From contig DASXSP010000002.1 in NCBI GenBank assembly GCA_036505865.1, positions 6,745 through 70,744 on the forward strand: a stretch of DNA of 64,000 nucleotides, in the 5' to 3' direction. The position numbers and the translations under genes were made by a program. This document shows, one piece after another, positions 9,537-18,165 of this stretch. Source of the stretch: Casimicrobiaceae bacterium. GTDB taxonomy: Bacteria > Pseudomonadota > Gammaproteobacteria > Burkholderiales > Casimicrobiaceae. Position 1 is the first letter of the stretch, and every line of letters starts with the position of its first letter. The notes beneath the pieces are model-generated. The model ran no database searches. It worked only from the letters and a program-made list of their open reading frames with translations, and was not told the DNA's origin.

Positions 9537-10312
9537 TGCAAGCCCGGATACGCGCGCTGCATGGATTGCATCTCGGCCAACATGTGGCCAAGGTGCTCGG
9601 TATGGACACCTTGTTTGCCGCCGCGCCCGTTGGCGCCTTGCATCCACGCGGCCGTTGGCATCACAAGCGTCGCCTGATCGAATACGCGCGCAATGTTGGA
9701 GAGCCACGGCGCATGCAGTGCGCGAACATCGGCGGCGATGCCCGTCTCGATCAACGTGAGATCGACGCTGTCCGGCTCGAACATTTCGCCGGTGTACATC
9801 CACAAATCGTCGAGCGCCTTCTGCATCTTCCGGTGCGATTCCTCGGTGCCGTCGCCCAATCGAATCACCCAATCCGCCGAACGCTCGATGTGATACGCGA
9901 CCTCCTTGGCACCCTTTGCGGCGATTTCCGCGACGCGCAGGTCGGTTGATGACGAAAGAGCCTGCAGCACCAGGAAATGCCACTGATCGAAGTAAAACTG
10001 GCGCGCTATCGTGTCCGCGTACGTGCCGTTCGGCTGCTCGGTCAACAGCAAATTCCGAAAGGCAGAGCCATCGCGCAGAAACGCGAGCTCATCCTCGCTG
10101 CGGCCGCAACCTCGCCATTTCGTCTCCACTTCGCCGGCATACGCGAACCAAAGCCGAGCTTGCCCGAGTAAATCAAGTCCGACATTGGTAAGCGCGATAT
10201 CTTCCTCGAGTATCGGTGCTTTGCCCGCCCACTCGCCCAAGCGCTGCGCGAGCACGAGATCGCTGTCCGCAAATCGCAGCACGTACTCAAACAGTGTTGA
10301 GGATTCGTTCAT
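9530..10312 (-). CDS. paaC: Phenylacetyl-CoA epoxidase subunit C
   Basis: LAQRLGEW, LEEDIALTN, KEVAYH, GVHTEHLGHMLAEMQ. Confidence 0.95.
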   Translation of the reverse strand: MNESSTLFEYVLRFADSDLVLAQRLGEWAGKAPILEEDIALTNVGLDLLGQARLWFAYAGEVETKWRGCGRSEDELAFLRDGSAFRNLLLTEQPNGTYADTIARQFYFDQWHFLVLQALSSSTDLRVAEIAAKGAKEVAYHIERSADWVIRLGDGTEESHRKMQKALDDLWMYTGEMFEPDSVDLTLIETGIAADVRALHAPWLSNIARVFDQATLVMPTAAWMQGANGRGGKQGVHTEHLGHMLAEMQSMQRAYPGLQW

Positions 10313-10314
10313 CG

Positions 10315-10599
10315 TTACAGATGCTTTACTTCTTCGGGCATCGGAAAAAATGTCGGATGCCGGTAGACCTTGTCGTTCGCGGGCTCGAAAAGCGGTCCAC
10401 GCTCGCTTGGCGCAGACGCATGTATGTCGGCGGAGCGCACGACCCAGATCGACACACCTTCGTTACGTCGCGTATAGACGTCGCGAGCATTCTTGATCGC
10501 CATCTCGGCATCCGCTGCATGAAGACTGCCGACGTGCTTGTGCGCGAGTCCATGCTGGGAGCGGATGAACACTTCCCATAACGGCCATTCAGTAGTCAT
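10315..10599 (-). CDS. paaB: Phenylacetyl-CoA epoxidase subunit B
   Basis: [47 protein letters not shown]. Confidence 0.96.
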   Translation of the reverse strand: MTTEWPLWEVFIRSQHGLAHKHVGSLHAADAEMAIKNARDVYTRRNEGVSIWVVRSADIHASAPSERGPLFEPANDKVYRHPTFFPMPEEVKHL

Positions 10600-11603
10600 T
10601 GGACCCCCATGCTTGCGGCATTCGCCGCTACGGCGCAATGCTTTTCAGCATGCGCAACCGCCGCGTCGCGTACCCACGCACCGTCTTCCCAGGCTTTCAC
10701 GCGCGTGCGCATGCGCTCGCGATTGCACGGTCCATTTCCTTTCAGCACGTTGTAGAACTCCTCCCAATCGATCGGGCCGAAATCGTAGTGTCCCTTCGCG
10801 TCGTTCCACTTGAGCTGCGGATCGGGCATCGAGATGCCGAGGTAATCGGCTTGCGGCACCGTTTGATCGACGAACCGCTGCCGCAGCTCATCATTCGACA
10901 ACAACTTGATCTTCCAGCGCGCGGATTGCGCGCTATGCACGCTCTCCGCGTCCGGCGGGCCGAACATCATCAACGACGGCCACCACCATCGATTCAACGC
11001 GTCCTGTGCCATCGCCTTCTGCTCGGTACTTCCGCGGCACAGCGTCAGCATGATGTCGTAGCCCTGGCGCTGGTGAAATGATTCTTCCTTGCAGATCCGA
11101 ATCATCGCGCGCCCATAAGGCCCGTACGAGCATCGGCACAGCGGAATCTGATTCATGATCGCCGCGCCGTCGACGAGCCAGCCGATCGCGCCGATGTCGG
11201 CCCACGTCAACGTCGGATAGTTGAAGATCGACGAATACTTCACTTTGCCCGCGTGCAAGTCGGCGACCAATTGATCGCGCGACACGCCCAATGTTTCGGC
11301 GGCGGAATACAGATATAGCCCATGGCCCGCCTCATCCTGAACCTTCGCCATCAGAATCGCCTTGCGCTTCAACGTTGGCGCACGGGTGATCCAGTTGCCT
11401 TCGGGCAGCATGCCGACGATCTCGGAATGCGCATGCTGCTGAATTTGCCGAATCAGCGTGCGGCGATAAGCGTCGGGCATCGCGTCTTTCGGCTCGATCT
11501 TGATGTCGGCGTCGACGCGCGCCTGGAACGCTTGCTCATCGGGCGACATTTCGGCGGCGTCGCGAACTTTCGTGACGCCGGTTTCGACCATTTGTGCGTA
11601 CAT
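10596..11603 (-). CDS. paaA: Phenylacetyl-CoA epoxidase catalytic di-iron subunit A
   Basis: [30 protein letters not shown]; ATG at 11603. Confidence 0.96.
   Translation of the reverse strand: MYAQMVETGVTKVRDAAEMSPDEQAFQARVDADIKIEPKDAMPDAYRRTLIRQIQQHAHSEIVGMLPEGNWITRAPTLKRKAILMAKVQDEAGHGLYLYSAAETLGVSRDQLVADLHAGKVKYSSIFNYPTLTWADIGAIGWLVDGAAIMNQIPLCRCSYGPYGRAMIRICKEESFHQRQGYDIMLTLCRGSTEQKAMAQDALNRWWWPSLMMFGPPDAESVHSAQSARWKIKLLSNDELRQRFVDQTVPQADYLGISMPDPQLKWNDAKGHYDFGPIDWEEFYNVLKGNGPCNRERMRTRVKAWEDGAWVRDAAVAHAEKHCAVAANAASMGVQ
10600..10632 (-). repeat. Partial family-1 REP-like copy C, forming the last codons of paaA
   Basis: tggacccccatgcttgcggcattcgccgctacg versus copy D tggacccccacgcttgcggc-ttcgccgctgcg. 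Confidence 0.78.
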
Positions 11604-11659
11604 CGGGATCCTCCGGCCGCGCTCATGGCTTCGAGCACTGGCAATCCAGCGGACTATAC

Positions 11660-11696
11660 GATACACTTTCGCCGTGCGTCAAGACAAAAATGTATC
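11660..11696. promoter_or_regulatory. Candidate PaaX operator GATACA-N25-TGTATC
   Basis: Perfect hexamer inverted repeat between paaA and paaX; resembles the GATACA-N26-TGTATC PaaX site reported for Pseudomonas sp. Y2 (recalled; spacer here is 25). Confidence 0.7.
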
Positions 11697-11739
11697 ACTA
11701 CGCTCGAACCGAGGGTCGAACGGACCGCCTTCCAACAGC

Positions 11740-12672
11740 GTGCCCGATCCCTTCGTGACGCGCTGGGTCCAACGCACGCTCGCGGCGGAACCGCCCCGCG
11801 CACGTTCGCTCATCGTGACCGTATGGGGCGATGCGCTCGCCCCGCATCGTGGCATCGTGTGGCTCGCCGGATTGATTCGATTGATGGCGCCATTCGGGAT
11901 CAATGAGCGTCTCGTCCGGACAAGCGTCTTTCGTCTGGTACGCGACGGTTGGCTGACCGCGCAGTCGCACGGTCGGCGGAGCCGCTATCGGCTGACTCGC
12001 GAGGGCGCGCGCCGTTTCGAGCAGGCGCATCATCGAATCTACGCAATGCCGAATCCCGATTGGGACGGCGAATGGGAAGTCGTGCTCGCGCCGCCTGACG
12101 CTTCGTACGCCGCCGTCCGGCTCAAGCTGCGCGACGAGCTTGCATGGGAGGGCTTCGGCACGCTCGGTCCGGGTACGTACGCAAGGCCGTTGCACGGCGA
12201 TTCGGCACTGCCGCGAATCGTGGCCGCGCTTCGACTCGGGTCGCGCGTAACGATCCTGCGGGCGAAGGACCATCCCTCGCTGACCGGCGCTTCCCTCGCG
12301 GCGCGTGTTGGGACGGCATGGGACCTTGCGGCGCTTACCTCGGACTACCAACGATTTCTTCGCCGCTTTGGCAGCGTCATCGACGCATTTCGCACAGCGG
12401 GCGCGGAGAACGGCGATCCGGCGCAAAGCTTCATCGTGCGCACGCTATTAATTCATGCTTTTCGTCGCGTGCTGTTGCGCGACCCACAACTGCCGCCCGC
12501 GCTCCTCCCACTGGACTGGCCCGGAGCAGCCGCGTTCGCGCTCTGTCGCGATTTCTATCGGCTCACGCACAAACGCGCCGAGATGCACCTTGACGCCACG
12601 CTTTCGCCCGATGGCGATCGACTGCCGGCCGCTAATGCGGAATTCTATCGACGCTTTGGCGGCATCGACTGA
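11740..12672 (+). CDS. paaX: Phenylacetate degradation operon repressor
   Basis: ARSLIVTVWGDA wHTH, ERLVRTSVFRL, RTLLIHAFRRVLLRDPQLP..LLPLDWPG; probable GTG start at 11740. Confidence 0.94.
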   Translation: MPDPFVTRWVQRTLAAEPPRARSLIVTVWGDALAPHRGIVWLAGLIRLMAPFGINERLVRTSVFRLVRDGWLTAQSHGRRSRYRLTREGARRFEQAHHRIYAMPNPDWDGEWEVVLAPPDASYAAVRLKLRDELAWEGFGTLGPGTYARPLHGDSALPRIVAALRLGSRVTILRAKDHPSLTGASLAARVGTAWDLAALTSDYQRFLRRFGSVIDAFRTAGAENGDPAQSFIVRTLLIHAFRRVLLRDPQLPPALLPLDWPGAAAFALCRDFYRLTHKRAEMHLDATLSPDGDRLPAANAEFYRRFGGID

Positions 12673-12678
12673 TCGGCG

Positions 12679-13581
12679 TTAACGCCCCACCATCGCCAAT
12701 ACGTCCGCTTTGAGGAAGCGCTCAACCACGAGCATGAACGCGATCGACGGCACAAGCAGCAAGAGCGCCGTAATCGACGCAATCTGATAGTTGCCGCCCA
12801 TGCTCGCGTTGAACATCAGTAGCGGCAGCGTCGTGACGTCCGGTACGCCGACGAAATACGTGCCGGTGAATTCATCGAGCGATTCGAGAAACACGAAAAT
12901 CGCGCTCGCGATCAGTCCGGGTGCCGCTAACGGCAGCGTAACGGTGCGAAAGCACGTCCACGGCGATGCGCCGATGTTGCGTGCGGCTTCCTCGAGCGAC
13001 ACGTCGACCGAAGCGAACGCCGCCGACGCGATCCACACAGCCAGGACCAGCCCATGGGCCGCATGGACGAGCACGACGCCGAGGATCGTGCCGTTGAGGC
13101 CGATTTCGTAGAACACGCGCGCGATGTTGACGTAAACCGGCAGATTCGGTATCGCCTGAGGCAACAGGAACGCGAGCAAGATCAGCGCACGCCAACGCAA
13201 CTTGAGACGCGCGAGCGCGTAGCCGGCGGGAATCGCAACGATCAGGCTCACGATCACCGTCAACAATGCGATCCAGATGCTCGTACCAAGCGATGCAAGC
13301 GCGTTGCCGCGCGGCGCGAACACCCGTGCCCAGAACGTGAAGCCGAATTCCTGCGGCAATTTGCTGGGGAAGTACCACTTTTCGGCGAATGCCCACAGAA
13401 ACAGATTGGCGAGTGGCCCGAAGATGACGAACGCAAAGAGCGCCAGTAGAAGCGCGATTCCGAACATTCGCGACCAGCGTCCGGCGTCTGTCATTGTGGA
13501 CCCCCACGCTTGCGGCTTCGCCGCTGCGCTGGCCCCAAAGGGGGAGCGATTCGCGCCTTGGGACGGCCCTGCGGCGCTCAT
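12679..13581 (-). CDS. ABC transporter permease (PotC-like); alternative start at 13494 without the 29-aa REP-derived leader
   Basis: EEAARNIGASPWTCFRTVTLPLAAPG (EAA loop); multiple TM segments. Confidence 0.9.
   Translation of the reverse strand: MSAAGPSQGANRSPFGASAAAKPQAWGSTMTDAGRWSRMFGIALLLALFAFVIFGPLANLFLWAFAEKWYFPSKLPQEFGFTFWARVFAPRGNALASLGTSIWIALLTVIVSLIVAIPAGYALARLKLRWRALILLAFLLPQAIPNLPVYVNIARVFYEIGLNGTILGVVLVHAAHGLVLAVWIASAAFASVDVSLEEAARNIGASPWTCFRTVTLPLAAPGLIASAIFVFLESLDEFTGTYFVGVPDVTTLPLLMFNASMGGNYQIASITALLLLVPSIAFMLVVERFLKADVLAMVGR
13497..13581 (-). repeat. REP/MITE-like element, family 1, copy D
   Basis: Same sequence family; its ATG overlaps the upstream stop (ATGA) and it reads in frame into the permease. 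Confidence 0.9.
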
Positions 13582-14432
13582 TGCGAGAACGTTCGCGCCG
13601 AGTGACGCAAATAGAACCACGCGCCGAAGCCGGCCACAATAAGTGACATCAGGCACAACGCGTTCGCTACCGCGTAGTCGCCATGCGTGTTGATCCGATA
13701 GGCGACGTCGACGGTCATCATCGTTGGCGAATTGGGGTTGATCATCAACGGCACCGAGAGCACCGACAGCATCGTAACGAACGACAACACGAGGCCGACG
13801 AGCAACGTGCCGCGTACCTGCGGAAGGATGACGTCGAACAGCACGCGCCACCGCGGCGCGCCAAGATTCCGCGCGGCCTCGATGTGCTGCGTTTCGAGCG
13901 ACGCCATTGCCCCGGCAAGCAACAACGTGACAAACGGCGCCTGCTTCCATACGAACGCCACGACAATGCCGCGCCAGTCGAGGACGCTCTGCGCGGCGAG
14001 CGGCTCAACTAAGCCCGACCCGATCAGCACATGATTCAGCATGCCGTTCTTTGCGAGAAACGTGCGCATCACCTGCCCGGTGACGATGAACGGAATGAAG
14101 AGCGGCCAGCGATACAGCCAACGCAGCACCGCAACGGCGCGCGGATTCTCGCCGAGTGTCAGATAGCCGGCGATCGCGATGGCTACAACACCGATCAGCA
14201 CCGTCGACAAGAGCACGATGCCGATCGTGAACATCAAGTCGGTGCGGTACAGATCCCAGGACTTCTCGAAGTGCTCTAGCGTGAATTCGCCGGCCTTGCC
14301 GCGAAAGGCGAGCACCGCCGACATCGCGAGCGGCAATACAAAGAACACCGCGATGACGGCGAGCGCGGGGCCGACGAGCGCGTATGCACGCCAACTGCTA
14401 TTTTTGGTCATTGCGGAGGTGCGATGTGTCAT
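13578..14432 (-). CDS. ABC transporter permease (PotB-like)
   Basis: IEAARNLGAPRWRVLFDVILPQ EAA loop; start at 14432 or 14411. Confidence 0.9.
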   Translation of the reverse strand: MTHRTSAMTKNSSWRAYALVGPALAVIAVFFVLPLAMSAVLAFRGKAGEFTLEHFEKSWDLYRTDLMFTIGIVLLSTVLIGVVAIAIAGYLTLGENPRAVAVLRWLYRWPLFIPFIVTGQVMRTFLAKNGMLNHVLIGSGLVEPLAAQSVLDWRGIVVAFVWKQAPFVTLLLAGAMASLETQHIEAARNLGAPRWRVLFDVILPQVRGTLLVGLVLSFVTMLSVLSVPLMINPNSPTMMTVDVAYRINTHGDYAVANALCLMSLIVAGFGAWFYLRHSARTFSQ

Positions 14433-14467
14433 CGCGACGCTGTTCTCGGAATGACAATTGGTGACGC

Positions 14468-14552
14468 TGTCATCCCGAGCGCGAGCGATGGAACTGCTTT
14501 TCACGAAAACAGCACGTCCCTCGGACGGAAAAGCACCGTCCTCGGGATGACA
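14468..14552. repeat. REP-like element, family 2 (TGTCATCCCGAG...CTCGGGATGACA)
   Basis: Perfect 12-bp terminal inverted repeat; remnant arm ctcggaatgaca at 14445-14456; related copies at 37729-37945. Confidence 0.85.
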
Positions 14553-14562
14553 TGTGGAACCA

Positions 14563-15711
14563 TTACTTGAGAACGACCCGCTCGTAACCCTCGACGATGT
14601 CGGTGAAGTATTCCGAAAGCGGGAACGGCCGGCCGTTCTTCGACAAATCGGCGGGCGAGATGTCGGCGAAGAGCTTGTTCCACGCTGCCGGATCCATCTT
14701 GCTCTGCACGTGTTGCGGATCGATGCCGGGATACCAGTTGAACTGCTTGACGATGCCCTCCGCCTGGATTTCCGGACTCTCCGCAAAATCGACAAACTTC
14801 TTCGCGATCGCAGCGTTGGCGGCCTTTGCCGGTATCACGTAATACATCGGCTGTCCCGGCAGTCCCGGTGACGGAAGCGCGAGCTTGATCTTCGGGCTCA
14901 TCTTGCCGTCGGCTTGCCACGTGTAGAACATGTCGACCCACACGGGACCCATCGCGATCTCACCACGATTCAACATGTCGAGCGTTCCGGCATTGCCCGG
15001 CGTCATCACAACGTACTGATTGAAGTCTTTGAGACCGGCGAGCGATTTGTCGATCGCTGCCTTCTGCGCCGGATCGTAAGGCCCCTTTTCAAGCTTGTCG
15101 CCCATCCCGCTATTTGCGGCGACCCAACCCATGACGAAGCCGACGCCCGACATGCCGCCCTTAACGCCGTTGTAGCCAAACTGCTTCGGATTCTTCTTCA
15201 CCCACTCGTTCAATTCGGTAAACGTTTTTGGCGGCGCCTTGACGAGATCGGGGTTGTACGCAAAAGCGATTTGGCTATGGAACATGGGCAACACGTAGCC
15301 ATCGACGTTCGCGCCGAGCGCATTTTTTGCCGTGTCGCGCGTAACGAGCTTGCCTGCGGCGACGTCATTGCGGTAGGGAAGCAACAGATTTTCCTTGACC
15401 ATTGTCGCTGCACCGCGTTGATGAACGACTGCGACGTCGACGTCCCAGGCAGCCGACCCGGCTTTCTGTTGCGCCGAGAGCTTTTCGTAAATTTTCTGCG
15501 ATCCCGAATCGCCGGGGCCCGTGCCGACCGCGCGCACCTTGACGCCCGGATTCAACTTCTCGAATTTGGGGCCGAGATAATTGTTGACGTAGTCGACCAT
15601 ATTCTGGTCGCCCGCCGTAATGACGTTCAGCGTCTGCGCTAGTGCAGGCGGCGCGCCGCTCACGGCGATTAGCATCGCGGCGGCCAGCAGCGTACGGACG
15701 TGGAATTTCAT
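14563..15711 (-). CDS. ABC transporter extracellular solute-binding protein
   Basis: Sec signal (PPALAQ), IAFAYNPDLVKAPPKTFTEL, NRGEIAMGPVWVDM; operon position. Confidence 0.9.
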   Translation of the reverse strand: MKFHVRTLLAAAMLIAVSGAPPALAQTLNVITAGDQNMVDYVNNYLGPKFEKLNPGVKVRAVGTGPGDSGSQKIYEKLSAQQKAGSAAWDVDVAVVHQRGAATMVKENLLLPYRNDVAAGKLVTRDTAKNALGANVDGYVLPMFHSQIAFAYNPDLVKAPPKTFTELNEWVKKNPKQFGYNGVKGGMSGVGFVMGWVAANSGMGDKLEKGPYDPAQKAAIDKSLAGLKDFNQYVVMTPGNAGTLDMLNRGEIAMGPVWVDMFYTWQADGKMSPKIKLALPSPGLPGQPMYYVIPAKAANAAIAKKFVDFAESPEIQAEGIVKQFNWYPGIDPQHVQSKMDPAAWNKLFADISPADLSKNGRPFPLSEYFTDIVEGYERVVLK

Positions 15712-15720
15712 ACGATCCTC

Positions 15721-16758
15721 CTAGTGACGGGTAGATGTTGCGGCTGAAAAGATAAGCAGTGCGGTGCGCGGAACAATGACGGAAACGGCCGCACCTTCAG
15801 GCATACGCTCTTCGGCGTTCGCCCACACGTCCGCGCCGTTGGTGCGAACGCGATAACGATAACCTTGACCAACGTAAATTGCCTGTGTGACCGTGCCCGC
15901 GAGGCGCAAATCGTTGCTGTTGGATACTGAGCGCTCGGTGGCGATCCACGCGACATCGCTCCGGAAATGCGCGCGCAGCTTTTCGCCGTTCACCTGATCG
16001 GCGGTCAGTGAACCGTTGGGCAAGCGCGTGACGTCGACTGCGTTATCTGCGCCCATGAAGCCGGCGACGAATGCCGATGCCGGACGGTGGAAAATTTCCT
16101 CGGGTGGACCGTACTGCACGACGCGGCCGGCATCGATGACCGCAATCCGATCGGCCAACGTCAACGCTTCCTCACGATCGTGCGTGACATAGACGGCGGT
16201 GATGCCGATTCTGCGCTGGAGCGCGCGTAGCTCATGGCGCAATTCGATGCGCACCTTGTAATCCAAATTGGACATCGGTTCGTCTAGCAGCAACAGCCGA
16301 GGATCGACCGCCAATGCTCGACCGAGCGCGACACGCTGACGTTGCCCGCCGGAAAGTTGGGTGACGGACCGCGGACCGAAGCCTTCGAGTTGTAGCAACG
16401 TGAGCATTTCGCCGACGCGTTTCGCGATGGCGTCCTTCTTCCATGCGCGCATCTTGAGTCCGTAGCCAATGTTGTCTTGGACCGACATATGCGGCCACAG
16501 CGCGTACGACTGGAACATCATCGCCGTTCCGCGCCTTTCGGGCGGCAGTCGGGCAATGTCGCGACCGTCGACTTTGATCGAGCCCGATTCCGGCGTTACG
16601 AAGCCAGCGATCGAGCGTAACAGCGTTGTCTTGCCGCAGCCGGAGCTACCGAGCAACGCGATGAGCTCTCCGCGCGCGACGTCCAGCGTGACTTCGTTCA
16701 ATACGCGGCTGTTTCCGTAACCGACATTGAGCGATTCGATCGAGAGGTAAGGCGTCAT
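15721..16758 (-). CDS. ABC transporter ATP-binding protein (PotA/FbpC-like)
   Basis: GSSGCGKTT, LSGGQRQR, LLLDEP, YVTHD. Confidence 0.95.
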   Translation of the reverse strand: MTPYLSIESLNVGYGNSRVLNEVTLDVARGELIALLGSSGCGKTTLLRSIAGFVTPESGSIKVDGRDIARLPPERRGTAMMFQSYALWPHMSVQDNIGYGLKMRAWKKDAIAKRVGEMLTLLQLEGFGPRSVTQLSGGQRQRVALGRALAVDPRLLLLDEPMSNLDYKVRIELRHELRALQRRIGITAVYVTHDREEALTLADRIAVIDAGRVVQYGPPEEIFHRPASAFVAGFMGADNAVDVTRLPNGSLTADQVNGEKLRAHFRSDVAWIATERSVSNSNDLRLAGTVTQAIYVGQGYRYRVRTNGADVWANAEERMPEGAAVSVIVPRTALLIFSAATSTRH

Positions 16759-16874
16759 CCGGGAGCATTTTGCGACGGGAAACAATATCCGAGTATGCCG
16801 CGAATGCGTGTCGCGGTTAAGAAATTTGCGTCACGTCGATGATGCAGTGCAATAGGAACGCGCAACCAACCGAC

Positions 16875-17003
16875 TCAGCAATGACTTATTCGAAGCGGCT
16901 CTTCTTCGTCGTCTTCGTCCTCTTCGTCGGCATCATCGTCTTCCCACTCCGGATCTTCCGGATCACCGATGGGCGTCTGATCGACGAGATATTCGGAAAT
17001 CAT
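16875..17003 (-). CDS. Putative 42-aa highly acidic protein
   Basis: Own translation: MISEYLVDQTPIGDPEDPEWEDDDADEEDEDDEEEPLRISHC*; ATG 9 nt after the kbp stop with GAAGG upstream; absent from the ORF track. Confidence 0.55.
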   Translation of the reverse strand: MISEYLVDQTPIGDPEDPEWEDDDADEEDEDDEEEPLRISHC

Positions 17004-17012
17004 CGCGAGCCT

Positions 17013-17516
17013 TCAAAGCGGCGGTACGCGCAGCACCTGCCCCGGGTAAATCTTGTTAGGGTCCGAGAGCATCGGCTTGTTTGCGTCGAATATCTTCATG
17101 TACTTGTTCGGATCGCCGTAATTCGCCTTCGAGATTTTCGACAGCGTATCGCCGGCAACAACGGTGTAGTAGACAGCTTCGGGAGCGCTTTGGTCCACCG
17201 ACATCATATTGTTGACCTTCGCGACACCGGCGACATTGCCGCAACAGAGCGCGATCTTTTCCTTCGTCGCCTGGTCAGGCGCTACCCCGAATACTGAAAC
17301 CGTCGACGTCGCGCCGTCGAACGTGACAGTCAGACCCGTCGCCGAGAGGTTTTGCGACTTGATGTAATCGAGGATCGCGTCACCCGCAGCGGCGTTGGCC
17401 GCCTGCACTTTTGCCTCGTTGTTCGGATCGGCTTTCACTTCGGCCATCGCCGCCTGTGCCTGGCCACGTCCGAAGAGCTTTTCCCCGGCGTCTTTCACGA
17501 AGTCTATGAGTCCCAT
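17013..17516 (-). CDS. kbp: BON-LysM potassium-binding protein (Kbp/YgaU)
   Basis: MGLIDFVKDAGEKLFG, KIALCCGNVAGV, YTVVAGDTLSKIS...NKIYPGQVLRVP. Confidence 0.93.
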   Translation of the reverse strand: MGLIDFVKDAGEKLFGRGQAQAAMAEVKADPNNEAKVQAANAAAGDAILDYIKSQNLSATGLTVTFDGATSTVSVFGVAPDQATKEKIALCCGNVAGVAKVNNMMSVDQSAPEAVYYTVVAGDTLSKISKANYGDPNKYMKIFDANKPMLSDPNKIYPGQVLRVPPL

Positions 17517-17820
17517 GATGGCCCCCCGGTCGGTTGATTGCGCGGTACTCGCGATTTGACGGTTTGCGGATTGCCGTTTGATGACTGCTGCGCGAAATGA
17601 GGATACACCCCGCTCGCTGGATGCGAAAAGTCGATGGTAATGCGACGTCGCATCCCCGTCGCACGCCGCGCCGAGGCTGGCGCTTCGGGCTGTGTCACAC
17701 AATTCGTATCTTCCAAGACGACGTAAGTATTCTTCTGACATTAATCAATCCTAAGCCGTCAACATCTGACGCATCTTTGAAGAAACCTTGAAAAAAAATG
17801 ATCAAAATGGCGATTCCCTC

Positions 17821-17851
17821 TTGCACGACACCAACGGTAGTGTCCTATAAT
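17821..17851 (+). promoter_or_regulatory. Candidate sigma70 promoter for the riboswitch transcript
   Basis: Perfect TATAAT at 17846-17851; TTGCAC at 17821-17826 (19-nt spacer, longer than optimal). Confidence 0.5.
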
Positions 17852-17864
17852 GCCGACGTCATAA

Positions 17865-17956
17865 GTCTGCTTTAAGGGCAAACCCAGGCGAAAGCCGGGG
17901 ACGCAAAATCACCGGTCTAAGGGACTTCGGTCCTAAGGCAGCGGGATTGCCGGACT
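17865..17956 (+). ncRNA. Cyclic di-GMP-I (GEMM) riboswitch
   Basis: AGGGCAAACC-caggc-GAAA-gccg-GGGACGCAAA...CCGGTCTAA...gggac-TTCG-gtcc...CAGCGGGATTGCC matches the GEMM consensus; G at the G20-equivalent position. Confidence 0.9.
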
Positions 17957-18165
17957 CGCTGCATAGCGAACGTTTGATGACGTTCGCATGTCGGCTTTGC
18001 GCGGACAGCGTCCGGCGCTGGATGGTATCGCGGCGTTTTAGGGCGGGTCTCGACGCAGCCGGTGTCGCTTCGTAGACCCGTGTGTTCATACGTAGGTCAG
18101 GGGGCGACCGAATGAAGATTTCCACTGCTTCAGGCGATCTCGGCGGAACGCGGGGCGAGCGCACT

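Noticed and set aside
16839-17297. 152-aa plus-strand ORF with a hydrophobic start
   Set aside because: The Phe/Val-rich stretch is the reverse complement of the acidic GAA/GAC-rich ORF, and the rest is antisense to kbp.
17865-17956. Possible c-AMP-GMP (GEMM-Ib) riboswitch
   Set aside because: The discriminating position reads G (AGGGCAAACC), which predicts c-di-GMP.
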